Assembly: GCA_039588915.1 (NCBI GenBank)
Contig: JBDGYV010000003.1
Location: forward strand, 5,343 to 69,342
Source of the DNA: Gemmatimonadota bacterium
GTDB taxonomy: Bacteria; Gemmatimonadota; Gemmatimonadetes; JACCXV01; JAHWKZ01
Reading direction: 5' to 3'
Length of the DNA stretch: 64,000 nt
Shown here: in pieces, positions 37,706 through 46,504 of the stretch
How positions within the stretch are numbered: position 1 is the first letter of the stretch
Layout of the letters: every line of letters starts with the position of its first letter
The notes under the pieces: generated by a model
The model's input: the letters and a program-made list of their open reading frames with translations, nothing else
What the model was told of the DNA's origin: nothing
The model's database searches: none
Translations under genes and position numbers: made by a program

Positions 37706-38343
37706 CCGATCCCCAAAGCGAGGTTCACCATGTACGATGTCCACATCCAGGTCACTCCGAACACGATGCTCCCAACCGGCGTGAACACCAGGAGCAGTAT
37801 TACGATGATTAGTCCGTAGCGACCCGCTGACCGGTACGAATAGGCCATCGGGGGCGACAAGAAGTTGGCTACCACGTGCGAGCCATCCAAGGGCGGCACC
37901 GGCAACATGTTGAACACCGCCAAGATGAGATTGATAAAGACGCCGTAGTGACACAACAATAGAATCGCTGGTGCAACTTCGCCGCCTGTGACGACGCGAG
38001 CGACAAAGAGACCAGCCGCAAACGCAACTGCCAGCAGGACATTGGATGCGGGGCCCGCCAACGAGACGGTAATGTCACCCCACTTGCGGTCGCGGAAGTT
38101 CTCCAGGGTAACCGGCACCGGCTTGGCCCAACCAAACAGTATGCTCGAACCAGTCACCAACAGGAACAGGGGCACCAGGATCGATCCAAAGAGATCGATG
38201 TGCGGAACCGGGTTCAAGGTCAGCCGCCCCAGCATCCGCGCCGTGGGGTCCCCCCACCACTCGGCCACGTACCCGTGAGCGTACTCATGCACGATCACCG
38301 AGAAGAGCAGAACCGGTAGCAGGAAAACAAGCGATTCGTTCAT
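37702..38343 (-). CDS. Site-2 protease (M50) family protein
   Basis: HEYAH, AGP.SN, FNMLPVPPLDG. Confidence 0.93.
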   Translation of the reverse strand: MNESLVFLLPVLLFSVIVHEYAHGYVAEWWGDPTARMLGRLTLNPVPHIDLFGSILVPLFLLVTGSSILFGWAKPVPVTLENFRDRKWGDITVSLAGPASNVLLAVAFAAGLFVARVVTGGEVAPAILLLCHYGVFINLILAVFNMLPVPPLDGSHVVANFLSPPMAYSYRSAGRYGLIIVILLLVFTPVGSIVFGVTWMWTSYMVNLALGIG

Positions 38344-38407
38344 GACATCGGATAGTTAAGGTGTGATGGGCCCAGAGAGTCGCACGCGCGGCAACTGCGA
38401 GTGCCTT

Positions 38408-38437
38408 AACCTATGCTGACCCAGAGCGAGGTGTCAA
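38408..38437 (-). promoter_or_regulatory. Putative sigma70 promoter of the S2P-trpS-scpAB operon (TTGACA-N18-TAGGTT)
   Basis: Perfect -35 in a divergent intergenic region. Confidence 0.5.
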
Positions 38438-38457
38438 AACGGCGGGCCAAGGTCCCG

Positions 38458-38486
38458 TTGCTGACCCACCTTCGGCGGTGTATCTT
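38458..38486 (+). promoter_or_regulatory. Putative sigma70 promoter of rpsT (TTGCTG-N17-TATCTT)
   Basis: Motifs and spacing read from the sequence. Confidence 0.55.
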
Positions 38487-38534
38487 CGCACCCCACTTTA
38501 GATTACATTTTCGAATACTGTTCTGAGAGGGACC

Positions 38535-38795
38535 ATGCCAAACGTGAAGTCCGCCGCCAAACGCGCCCGTACAAACGACCGGAGTCGTCAACACAACCGC
38601 GATGCGCGATCGCGTCTGCGTACCGCCATCAAGAAGGTCCGTCAGGCCGGCACCACCGAGGACGCCAGATCGGCGCTGCGCGACGTGGAGAGCCTACTCG
38701 ACCGCCTGACTGGCCGAGGGATCATCCACAAGAATGCCGCCGCTCGGCACAAGGCCCGTCTAAACGCCCACGTGTCCAGGCTCGACTCGCGCTAG
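38535..38795 (+). CDS. rpsT: 30S ribosomal protein S20
   Basis: MPNVKSAAKRAR..., GIIHKNAAARHKARL. Confidence 0.96.
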   Translation: MPNVKSAAKRARTNDRSRQHNRDARSRLRTAIKKVRQAGTTEDARSALRDVESLLDRLTGRGIIHKNAAARHKARLNAHVSRLDSR

Positions 38796-39601
38796 ACGCC
38801 CTCGGCGCGGCCCGTTTCCCCGTTGAGCGTGTCGCGAACGATCTCGGCGATTCCACGCCGCATTGCACCGCTCCCGGTGGTAAGCCCGTCTGGGTAGGAG
38901 CGCTGCGCCAAAGGCTCAACATCAGTCACCGCACAACCCGGATTCCGAACCCCGGAACCGTACGCATCCAGCGACATCAATCGGTCGACCTCTTCGCGTG
39001 ACAATCGATTGACGTTCCCCAAGAGATGCGCGACCAGCAGCGACCTTGCGGCTTGTTCGAGCGACTCCATCACGTTGATCGACACAGCCAATGAGCTCCC
39101 GTAGGCAACCGCTCCGTGGTTGGCGAGTAGAAGTGCGTCGTGGGCTCTCACGTACGGTGTCAGCTGCTCGGCGAGCTCATCGGTGGACGGCGTCCCATAC
39201 GGGACGATCGGCACCCAACCAAGCGTAGCAATCACCTCCGGAACGACACACTCGTTGAGCGAGCGACCCGCGATGGCGAACCCGGTCGCAACGGGTGGAT
39301 GGGCGTGGACGATCGCGGCGACGTCGCTCCGCAACTCATAGATCCTCAGGTGCATCTTCAATTCGCTCGACGGTCTACCCGTTCCCGCCAACCGGTGGCC
39401 GGCAATATCCGTAATAACCAGCGATTCAGGCGCGAGAAATCCTTTGCTGACGCCGGACGGGGTGGCCAAGACTCTCGTTTGGTCAAGCCTTGCCGATATG
39501 TTTCCCTCCGCGCCGCCGACGAGCCCACGAGCATAGAGCCGGCGCCCAACCTCGACGATCTCGGCTCTCGTCTGTTCCAGGAGTTCGGCTGGATTCACCA
39601 C
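38792..39601 (-). CDS. Class II aldolase/adducin family protein with a C-terminal extension
   Basis: GNISAR, TPSG, PSSELKMH, VHAHP, LLANHG. Confidence 0.9.
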   Translation of the reverse strand: MVNPAELLEQTRAEIVEVGRRLYARGLVGGAEGNISARLDQTRVLATPSGVSKGFLAPESLVITDIAGHRLAGTGRPSSELKMHLRIYELRSDVAAIVHAHPPVATGFAIAGRSLNECVVPEVIATLGWVPIVPYGTPSTDELAEQLTPYVRAHDALLLANHGAVAYGSSLAVSINVMESLEQAARSLLVAHLLGNVNRLSREEVDRLMSLDAYGSGVRNPGCAVTDVEPLAQRSYPDGLTTGSGAMRRGIAEIVRDTLNGETGRAEGV

Positions 39602-41049
39602 TATCCCTTTACCACTCCAATCGGCTTGAGCTCGGCCACGCGATGACTGACGCCAGCCGCTTCCATTACCTCGACGACATCAGCTACATCCTTGTACGCG
39701 TGCGGCATCTCCTCGGCCACCGTTCGCATCCCAGTCGCCCTTACGACGACCCCCCTCTCTTCCATTTCGCCGATCAGATCGCGCCCGCGAGAGTGCTTTT
39801 TGGACTGCGTACGGCTCATCTTGCGGCCGGCGCCATGACACGTCGAACCAAACGTCTTCTCCATCGCACCGGCAGCACCCGCGCAAACGTAAGAGTAGTT
39901 GCCCATGCTACCTGGTACGAGAACCGGCTGCCCAACGTCGCGGTACGCTGTTGGCACCTCCGGGTGCCCTGCTGGAAACGCTCGCGTCGCCCCTTTCCGG
40001 TGAACGCACACCGACATTCTCTGTCCGTTCAGTTCGTGTTCCTCGATTTTGGCGATGTTGTGACAAACATCGTAGACGAGTCGCATTCCGAGCTTGGCTG
40101 CCCCAACGCCCAGAACGTGCTGGAAGGCCTCGCGCACCTTGTACAGCATGACTTGTCGGTTGCACCAGGCGTAGTTGGCAGCACACCTCATGGCGGCCAG
40201 GTAAGCCTGTCCGTCAGTCGAGTCAAGCGGTGCCGCAGCCAACTGAACATCTGGTAGCCGATAACCGAAGTCGGCCAGCCGGGGCCGAATTCTCTTCAGC
40301 GCGTCGTCGCAGATCTGGTAGCCCAACCCCCGGGAGCCGGAGTGGATCATGACGACAATCTGATCGGGAAACAGCCCAAAGGCGTCAGCCATAGTCGTAT
40401 CAAACAACCGCGCGACTCGCTGCACCTCGAGAAAGTGGTTACCCGATCCTAACGTTCCGACTTGACCGAGCCCACGTTGCTTGGCTCGGTCAGAGACGCA
40501 GATGGGGTCCGCGCCGCGGAGGCGACCACCGGCCTCGGTGTACTCGAGATCCTGCGCTTCCCCGTAACCCTGCTCGATCGCCCAGCGAGCGCCGAGTACG
40601 AGCACTCGTTCGAGGTCCGATCGTGAGAGCTTGGGGATCGCGCCCGACGCACCCACGCCACTCGGCACGGCTTGGTACAACCGATTGATAAGCGATCGAC
40701 GCACCGGGTCTTCGAGATCGGCCAGCACCAGATCACTGCGCGCCAATCGCACCCCACAGTTGATGTCGTACCCCACACCACCCGGCGAAATCGCGCCACC
40801 GTCAACATCGGTGGCCGCGACACCACCGATCGGAAACCCGTAGCCCCAATGAATGTCAGGCATCGCCAGCGACCATCCAACCACACCGGGCAAGCAGGCC
40901 ACATTGCGGACCTGCTCGAGGCTCTGATCGGACCGGATCGACGACATGAGCTCCTCGGATGCAAAGATCCGCCCTGGCACACGCATCTCACCGGTCTTCG
41001 GGATCTCCCAGAGATACGACTCGATCTTTCGGACTTCGATCTCGCTCAT
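39601..41049 (-). CDS. rtcB: RNA-splicing/repair ligase RtcB
   Basis: MPDIHWGYGFPIG, GYDINCG, GTLGSGNHF, HSGSRG, HN, HRKGA, STCHGAGR, PIGVVKG. Confidence 0.96.
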   Translation of the reverse strand: MSEIEVRKIESYLWEIPKTGEMRVPGRIFASEELMSSIRSDQSLEQVRNVACLPGVVGWSLAMPDIHWGYGFPIGGVAATDVDGGAISPGGVGYDINCGVRLARSDLVLADLEDPVRRSLINRLYQAVPSGVGASGAIPKLSRSDLERVLVLGARWAIEQGYGEAQDLEYTEAGGRLRGADPICVSDRAKQRGLGQVGTLGSGNHFLEVQRVARLFDTTMADAFGLFPDQIVVMIHSGSRGLGYQICDDALKRIRPRLADFGYRLPDVQLAAAPLDSTDGQAYLAAMRCAANYAWCNRQVMLYKVREAFQHVLGVGAAKLGMRLVYDVCHNIAKIEEHELNGQRMSVCVHRKGATRAFPAGHPEVPTAYRDVGQPVLVPGSMGNYSYVCAGAAGAMEKTFGSTCHGAGRKMSRTQSKKHSRGRDLIGEMEERGVVVRATGMRTVAEEMPHAYKDVADVVEVMEAAGVSHRVAELKPIGVVKG

Positions 41050-41066
41050 TATGCTAGAACTTGGCG

Positions 41067-41504
41067 CTAGACGTCGAAAATGACCCGCGCCCTCCAGACT
41101 TCGCCCCCGGCAACCTCGTCCGGGCCAAAGGCGAGTTGATGGTACGTCACCGCCTTGAGTTCGCTCGCTTCCGCCAACCGCTGAGCTGGCGGGGAAACCC
41201 CCTTCACCAACCCGACGCATGCCTCGGGGTCGACCGAAGAGATTTGCGACTCCAACGCCACGAAGCCCTCTTCCTCGAGCAAGCGATAGAGCTCCTCACA
41301 CCACGCTTTGAGCAACTCCGGGTAGTCATCACCGGTGACCGCGACCGTGCGTTCAGCGTCGGATAGGAGGTCTGAGGTGTCGGCCATCAGCAGGCAGGTC
41401 AAACCGCGTTGGGCGGCCTCCAGTACCTCGGCGGGGGACGCCCCCTCCAAGTCGAGCCCGACGTCAGCAGTGTGGTCGATCTCGACGAACTTGCCGGGTG
41501 TCAC
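41067..41504 (-). CDS. Archease (RtcB cofactor)
   Basis: DHTAD, ELKAVTYH, C-terminal IFDV. Confidence 0.93.
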   Translation of the reverse strand: MTPGKFVEIDHTADVGLDLEGASPAEVLEAAQRGLTCLLMADTSDLLSDAERTVAVTGDDYPELLKAWCEELYRLLEEEGFVALESQISSVDPEACVGLVKGVSPPAQRLAEASELKAVTYHQLAFGPDEVAGGEVWRARVIFDV

Positions 41505-41510
41505 GCTGGC

Positions 41511-41539
41511 ATGTTAGGAGCGGAGATGGTGGGTAGCAA
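41511..41539 (-). promoter_or_regulatory. Putative leaderless sigma70 promoter of archease-rtcB (TTGCTA-N17-TAACAT-N6-GTG)
   Basis: Motifs and spacing read from the sequence; no SD before the GTG. Confidence 0.5.
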
Positions 41540-41562
41540 CCGCGAGCGACGGTGGTCTAGCG

Positions 41563-42606
41563 CTAGAAGGTCGGTGGATTCTCACCATTGCCGTGAAGAT
41601 CCTCACGATCATTGATACGTAGGGATTCGAGGTTGGCACCTAACGATCGATAGCAACGTCGAGCTTCGCGCCATGCCTCGAGCGCTTCTTGATTTCGATC
41701 CTGGCGAATTAGGACTTCTCCTAGCTCCGCCCACGCCTCGGCTTCGCAGTTTGGCGCTCGACCATCGGCACACATTTCCAGCGCCTTTTTCAAGCTGTTC
41801 TCTGCTTCCGCCCAGTGCTCCATTCGACCGGCTATCGAGCCTAGCAGGAACATCGTCTCAGCCTCGAGCGAACTGTTGGTGAACCACTCGCAGAATGATT
41901 GCACCGTCGTAGCGAGTGAATGGGCGCGGATCAGATCCCCTTGGTCCACTGCTAATCGGGCGCGATTCATCATGACTTTGGCCCCGAGGTAGAGATCGAG
42001 GCGCCGTTTACACTCGTCCAGCGCACGGTCGAAGAGCGCGTCCGCTTCTTCGGTCCGTCCCTGGCCGACCAACACGGTCCCCATGTTGCTGAGCAACCGA
42101 GGTCCGCAACTTTCGTAATCCAGTTCCTCGAATCGCGACAGCGCCCAATCGAGGGACTCCGTCGCCCGCTGACGATCTCCAAGCGCCGTCCATAGGAGAC
42201 CCTCGTTCGTCTCGATCTCAACCAGGAGACGCTCGTCACCAATCGTTCCCGCGTGCTCTCTGGCGACACCGTACCGGCGACTGGCTTCGTGCCAGTTGCC
42301 GCGCTCGTATTCAATTACTCCGAGCAGATTCTCGGCTTCTGCCAACCGTCGCTCATCACCCACGTAGGCCGCCACGTCACGGCTTTCGACCACGTCCTCG
42401 ACGGCTCGATCCCACTGACCCAGCTGCATGCGGATCTCAGCCGCCTCACGCCACGCATCGGAGCAGGTTTCCTCGCACCGCGGTGCTTTGGCCGCGATTT
42501 CGGCGGCCACAATGAACTCTGTCAACGCCTCATCCAACCGCCGGTGAGCGATCGCGGCGCGCGCCCTTTGCATCGCCTGAGTGGCTGCCTCTTGTGTCGC
42601 GACCAT
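41563..42606 (-). CDS. Tetratricopeptide-repeat protein (cytoplasmic, all-helical)
   Basis: Repeated A..N.LG....RG.W..A pattern along the whole length. Confidence 0.85.
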   Translation of the reverse strand: MVATQEAATQAMQRARAAIAHRRLDEALTEFIVAAEIAAKAPRCEETCSDAWREAAEIRMQLGQWDRAVEDVVESRDVAAYVGDERRLAEAENLLGVIEYERGNWHEASRRYGVAREHAGTIGDERLLVEIETNEGLLWTALGDRQRATESLDWALSRFEELDYESCGPRLLSNMGTVLVGQGRTEEADALFDRALDECKRRLDLYLGAKVMMNRARLAVDQGDLIRAHSLATTVQSFCEWFTNSSLEAETMFLLGSIAGRMEHWAEAENSLKKALEMCADGRAPNCEAEAWAELGEVLIRQDRNQEALEAWREARRCYRSLGANLESLRINDREDLHGNGENPPTF

Positions 42607-42665
42607 ATGAAGCCTTAGTCCGTTGATCGGGGGAGGTCCTCGTAAGGGGGGTACTCAAGAAGCGG

Positions 42666-42681
42666 AGCAACCCTCATGCCA
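42666..42681 (-). promoter_or_regulatory. sigma54 (-24/-12) promoter TGGCATGAGGGTTGCT upstream of the TPR gene
   Basis: Matches TGGCACGRNNNTTGCW at all but one position, with exact GG-N10-GC spacing. Confidence 0.75.
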
Positions 42682-42768
42682 CCCTGGCTCTGGTAACCGC
42701 TAAGACCTTAACTGTCTGAGGGATAGGGGAGTCCGGTCAAGTATCGATTGAAAGGTGAGCGTTGGGGG

Positions 42769-42802
42769 TGTGCCGGATTGTGCCGGAACGAAACGTGTCG
42801 GG
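42769..42802. repeat. Tandem TGTGCCGGA repeats (42769, 42779; degenerate copy at 42794), candidate enhancer
   Basis: Two exact 9-mers with a 10-bp period, about 90-120 bp upstream of the sigma54 site. Confidence 0.45.
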
Positions 42803-42821
42803 GTGATTACCCTACCAAATC

Positions 42822-43394
42822 TCAGGGACGATTGAGATCGTACTTCTCGATTTTCCGTTTGAGACGCGGTCGACTGATGCCGAGTTCGCGCGCCGCGGCG
42901 GTACGATTCCAATCATTTCGCTCGAGCGCGAAAGCGACAATGCGCTTCTCGTATTCATCGAATCGAAGGCCACCCGATGGGACGATGACAGTGAAGCTGT
43001 CGGCCACACTGACGGATCTCGCGGCCTCGGACCGCTGGGCATGCAGATCCTCGATCGCATCGGTTAGACGACCACGATCCTGCGGCAGCACGAAGTAGTC
43101 GCTGGCCCCGCCGGTGAGCGCTTGCACTGCCGAGTCAGCAGTGGGCTGCCGAGTAACCGCCAGGACAGATGGCCGCGGTGTCTTGTCAAAGATATCAGCG
43201 AGCATCTCGCCGGAGTGCTCCCCGACGAAGTCGAGATCCAGCACTACTAGGTCCACCTCGAGAGGCAGCGAGCTACTGCCACCTGCCTTATGGAACACGC
43301 ATTGGAGATTCGGCGTGCGGGGTACCAGCTCAGCGTACTCCGTCGCTGCACCGTACACCGCAACGCGGTAAGGTGTCGGAACTGTGTTGTTCAG
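42822..43394 (-). CDS. Receiver-like + Fis-type HTH_8 regulator lacking an AAA+ domain (start uncertain: CTG 43394 or GTG 43358)
   Basis: VDLVVLD, AVQALTGGASDY; C-terminal EKRIVAFALERNDWNRTAAARELGISRPRLKRKIEKY. Confidence 0.8.
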   Translation of the reverse strand: MNNTVPTPYRVAVYGAATEYAELVPRTPNLQCVFHKAGGSSSLPLEVDLVVLDLDFVGEHSGEMLADIFDKTPRPSVLAVTRQPTADSAVQALTGGASDYFVLPQDRGRLTDAIEDLHAQRSEAARSVSVADSFTVIVPSGGLRFDEYEKRIVAFALERNDWNRTAAARELGISRPRLKRKIEKYDLNRP

Positions 43395-43633
43395 TTCACC
43401 CCGAGTCGCAACTCGGCGTGAGCCTGGACCTGACCGCCGATTGACTGTGTCGGGTCGAGCGCACGGCGATCGGCGCCCGTCTCAAGACTGATCGTGGCAG
43501 ACCCGGGCAGATCGTGCGCCAGGTAGAAGGCTACTCGCTCAGCTACGACACCAGCGGGCGAGTCGTGATCAACAACATCACAAACTGCACGCTCGCCAAA
43601 GCGAACCACGAGCGGCAACATCGGGCGGCTCAC
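43391..43633 (-). CDS. 80-aa protein, possible beta-grasp ubiquitin-like (YukD/EsaB-like) fold
   Basis: GTG overlaps the upstream stop; beta-beta-alpha-beta pattern ending LDPTQSIGGQVQAHAELRL. Confidence 0.5.
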   Translation of the reverse strand: MSRPMLPLVVRFGERAVCDVVDHDSPAGVVAERVAFYLAHDLPGSATISLETGADRRALDPTQSIGGQVQAHAELRLGVN

Positions 43634-43872
43634 GCCGGCTTTTCGTCGACCAATGGCTCTGTTTCCGGTTCGATATCCGGCTCTTCTGCCGTGTGGTACT
43701 CAGCTCGTTGCTGCTCGAGTTGAGACTCCAAGTCGCTGATTCGTTGCCCGCCCAACTCAAGAAACTGGCTGATCTTTTCGAGCACCAATCGGCGCGATTC
43801 TCTACCCGTCAACGGGGCCACAAAAACACCGACCCCCACGCCAACAGCAAACGCCTTGATCCTTCCAAACAT
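43630..43872 (-). CDS. YtxH-like small membrane protein
   Basis: GAAGGAG SD; AFAVGVGVGVFVAPLTGRESR. Confidence 0.75.
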   Translation of the reverse strand: MFGRIKAFAVGVGVGVFVAPLTGRESRRLVLEKISQFLELGGQRISDLESQLEQQRAEYHTAEEPDIEPETEPLVDEKPA

Positions 43873-43911
43873 GAGTGCTCCTTCAGTGCCGCTAGGACCT
43901 GCTAGGTCAAT

Positions 43912-43998
43912 TGGTGCCCAAGGGGAGATTCGAACTCCCACGGCCTTTCGGCCACTGCCCCCTCAAGACAGCGTGTCTACCAATTCCACCACTTGGGC
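43912..43998 (-). tRNA. tRNA-Leu (anticodon GAG)
   Basis: GCCCAAGTGGTGGAATTGGTAGACACG-CTGTC-TTGAGGG-GGCAG, long variable arm, GTTCGAATC, ACCA; 87 nt. Confidence 0.97.
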
Positions 43999-44018
43999 AA
44001 GCCCGTTTGGTACCGGCG

Positions 44019-44453
44019 CTATTCGCCGGCGGGAGTTGTACTCTCGTTCGCGTCGCCCTGGGACGGGACACCACCGGCGGCTGGTATTGCGGCTCCGTCA
44101 GCCGGCGGCGCGGTCTCGCCACCGAGAATATCCTGAAGATCAGCGGGGGTTTGAGGCTCGGTCACCGGGGCAGCGCCCTGATCTTGGAGCTCGCGCTCGA
44201 TCAGGCTGGTCGGTCGGGTTCCGCGTACCGTGAGAAGCGAGATCGCGAGACAAATGACCAGAAACGCACCTCCCAACCACTTTGTCGCGTTGTGGAGAAA
44301 CGTCGCCGTCTGGCGGCTACCCATCATCTCCATGCCGGTACCGGCACCGCCGAATCCGGCCGCCAGCCCGCCCCCCTTGCCGGACTGCAGGAGCACGACA
44401 ACGACTAGCGCCAGACAATCCAGCAGCAACAGGATGATAAGTGCACTGTACAT
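44019..44453 (-). CDS. secG: Preprotein translocase subunit SecG
   Basis: VLLQSGKGGGLAAGFGG, two TM helices; lies between tpiA and tRNA-Leu. Confidence 0.95.
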   Translation of the reverse strand: MYSALIILLLLDCLALVVVVLLQSGKGGGLAAGFGGAGTGMEMMGSRQTATFLHNATKWLGGAFLVICLAISLLTVRGTRPTSLIERELQDQGAAPVTEPQTPADLQDILGGETAPPADGAAIPAAGGVPSQGDANESTTPAGE

Positions 44454-44487
44454 AGAGCTTTACAATTTACCTTGGCTCACAGACCCG

Positions 44488-45267
44488 TCAAGAAGCGATT
44501 CTGGCAGCCGCGCTCGCGATCGCGGCGAAGTTGAGCGGGAACAGGCTCGCTCCGCCGACCAAGGCGCCGTCGATATCCGGTTGGCCCACGAGATCCACCG
44601 CGTTGTTCGGCTTTACGCTGCCGCCATAGAGAATCGGCATCGCTGCCGCAATGGACGGTGACGCGATCGACGCCACTGCGTTGCGGATCGTCGCGTGCAT
44701 CTCCTGAGCATCAACGGGAGCTGCGGTGCGGCCGGTGCCGATCGCCCAGATCGGTTCGTACGCCAGCGCGAGACGGGCGTACTCGTCGCGCGAGAGCCCA
44801 TCGATGGCACGCGAGAGCTGCCCAAGCACGATCGCGTGCTGCCGACCGGCTTCCCTCTCCTCGAGTGTCTCACCGACGCACAACATCGGATCGAGCCCTG
44901 CGTTGAGCGCGGCGACGATCTTTTTCCCGCACTGAGCATCGGTCTCACCACACAGCTGACGACGCTCGGAGTGGCCAACCAGAACCAGCTCTGCCCCGGC
45001 TGCGGCCAGCATTCCAGCCGCGATCTCACCGGTGTAGGCGCCATCTGTTTCCCAATGGCAGTTCTGACCCCCGACTTGGGCCCGCTTTGCGACTGCCTGG
45101 ACCACCTCCGGGATCATGACCGCGGCGGGAAAGAACACTAGCCGTACGCCTGCGCCTAGCTTGGGCAACGCGTCGTAAAACGAACTCATATATAGGCCGA
45201 CGTCGGCCGCAGTCTTGTACATCTTCCAGTTGGCGGCGATGATCATAGGCCGTTTTGACGCGTTCAC
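44488..45267 (-). CDS. tpiA: Triose-phosphate isomerase
   Basis: NWKM, GHSERR, AYEPIWAIGTG, YGGSV, LVGGASL. Confidence 0.97.
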   Translation of the reverse strand: MNASKRPMIIAANWKMYKTAADVGLYMSSFYDALPKLGAGVRLVFFPAAVMIPEVVQAVAKRAQVGGQNCHWETDGAYTGEIAAGMLAAAGAELVLVGHSERRQLCGETDAQCGKKIVAALNAGLDPMLCVGETLEEREAGRQHAIVLGQLSRAIDGLSRDEYARLALAYEPIWAIGTGRTAAPVDAQEMHATIRNAVASIASPSIAAAMPILYGGSVKPNNAVDLVGQPDIDGALVGGASLFPLNFAAIASAAARIAS

Positions 45268-46496
45268 GCCGTGTTCCTCCGGGTCGCTGGATCCAGCACT
45301 TCGATCCCCGGCAGGGTGGCCCCGGAGACAAGTTTGAGCGCTGCGCCACCTCCGGTTGAGACGTGGCTGACAGCATCCGTCAACCCGCCGCGCTCGAGTG
45401 CGGCGATCGAGTCGCCGCCACCAACCACTGTATAGGCACCATGATCTGTGACATCAGCCAAGCCTTTCGCCACCGCCAATGTGCCCGCGTCAAACGGTGA
45501 CGTCTCGAACACGCCCAGCGGACCGTTCCAGAAAACCGTACGCGCGCCCTTCAGCGCGCTGACAATCGCCCGGATCGAATCCGGACCGATATCGAGGATC
45601 TTTCGTCCCTGCGGCACGCTGTCGGAAGACGTGGTCTCGCGTCTCGCGTCCGCATCGATGGTGGTCGCAACGACCACGTCTGTTGGCAGCAGAACCTTGT
45701 CCGGGTATCGATCCAAGATTTGGCGTGCCGTTTCCACACGGTCGGGCTCGATCAGTGAGTCGCCGACTTCCGCCCCGGTGGCAAGGAGGAATGTGTTGGC
45801 CATGCCGCCGCCGAGGCAGATGCGGTCGCATCTTCGAGCGAGCTCGTCAACGATCTCCAGCTTGCCGGCGATCTTGCCGCCCCCGAGTACCGCCACGAAT
45901 GGCCGTTCGGGCTCAAGCAGTCGATGGAACGCGTTCAGCTCACGCTCAACGAGTTGGCCCGCAACACGCGGGCTCAAGTGGTCAGCTACCCCAACCGTCG
46001 AGGCGTGCGCGCGGTGACAAGTTCCAAAAGCGTCCTGGACGAAAAGCTGGCCAAAGCGCGCCAGCCGGGCGGCGAAGCCGGGTTCGTTGACGGTCTCACC
46101 TGGTTCGAAACGGAGGTTCTCGAGCAGGAACACGTCCCCGAGTTCACCCACGCGAACCAGCTTGACGGCTCGCTCGTCGAATGGCTCCGAAAGAAAGACG
46201 ATCCGCCGTCCCAGCAGCTCCTCGAGACATCGCGCCACCGGTGCCAGCGACAGCTCCGATCGCCGTTCGCCGCCGGGTCGCCCAAGGTGGCTCACGAGTA
46301 TGATCGTCGCACCACAGCGCGCAAGTCCGGTCACCGTTGGAAGCGTGGCTCGGATCCTCGCGTCGCTCGCCACCCGCAGGGTTTCACCCTCACCTTCGAG
46401 CGGAACGTTGAAGTCAACCCTCACCAACGCCCGCCGACCGTTCACTTCCTCCGGCGCGAGGTCACCAACCGTGCGGCGCGCAAGGACGGTGCCCAT
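45264..46496 (-). CDS. pgk: Phosphoglycerate kinase
   Basis: RVDFNVP, SHLGRP, LENLRF, GGGDS, STGGGA. Confidence 0.97.
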   Translation of the reverse strand: MGTVLARRTVGDLAPEEVNGRRALVRVDFNVPLEGEGETLRVASDARIRATLPTVTGLARCGATIILVSHLGRPGGERRSELSLAPVARCLEELLGRRIVFLSEPFDERAVKLVRVGELGDVFLLENLRFEPGETVNEPGFAARLARFGQLFVQDAFGTCHRAHASTVGVADHLSPRVAGQLVERELNAFHRLLEPERPFVAVLGGGKIAGKLEIVDELARRCDRICLGGGMANTFLLATGAEVGDSLIEPDRVETARQILDRYPDKVLLPTDVVVATTIDADARRETTSSDSVPQGRKILDIGPDSIRAIVSALKGARTVFWNGPLGVFETSPFDAGTLAVAKGLADVTDHGAYTVVGGGDSIAALERGGLTDAVSHVSTGGGAALKLVSGATLPGIEVLDPATRRNTA

Positions 46497-46504
46497 GATC
46501 GACC

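Noticed and set aside
43630-43998. Genes after tRNA-Leu as a second integrated island
   Set aside because: I found no duplicated tRNA-Leu 3' end and no integrase by eye.
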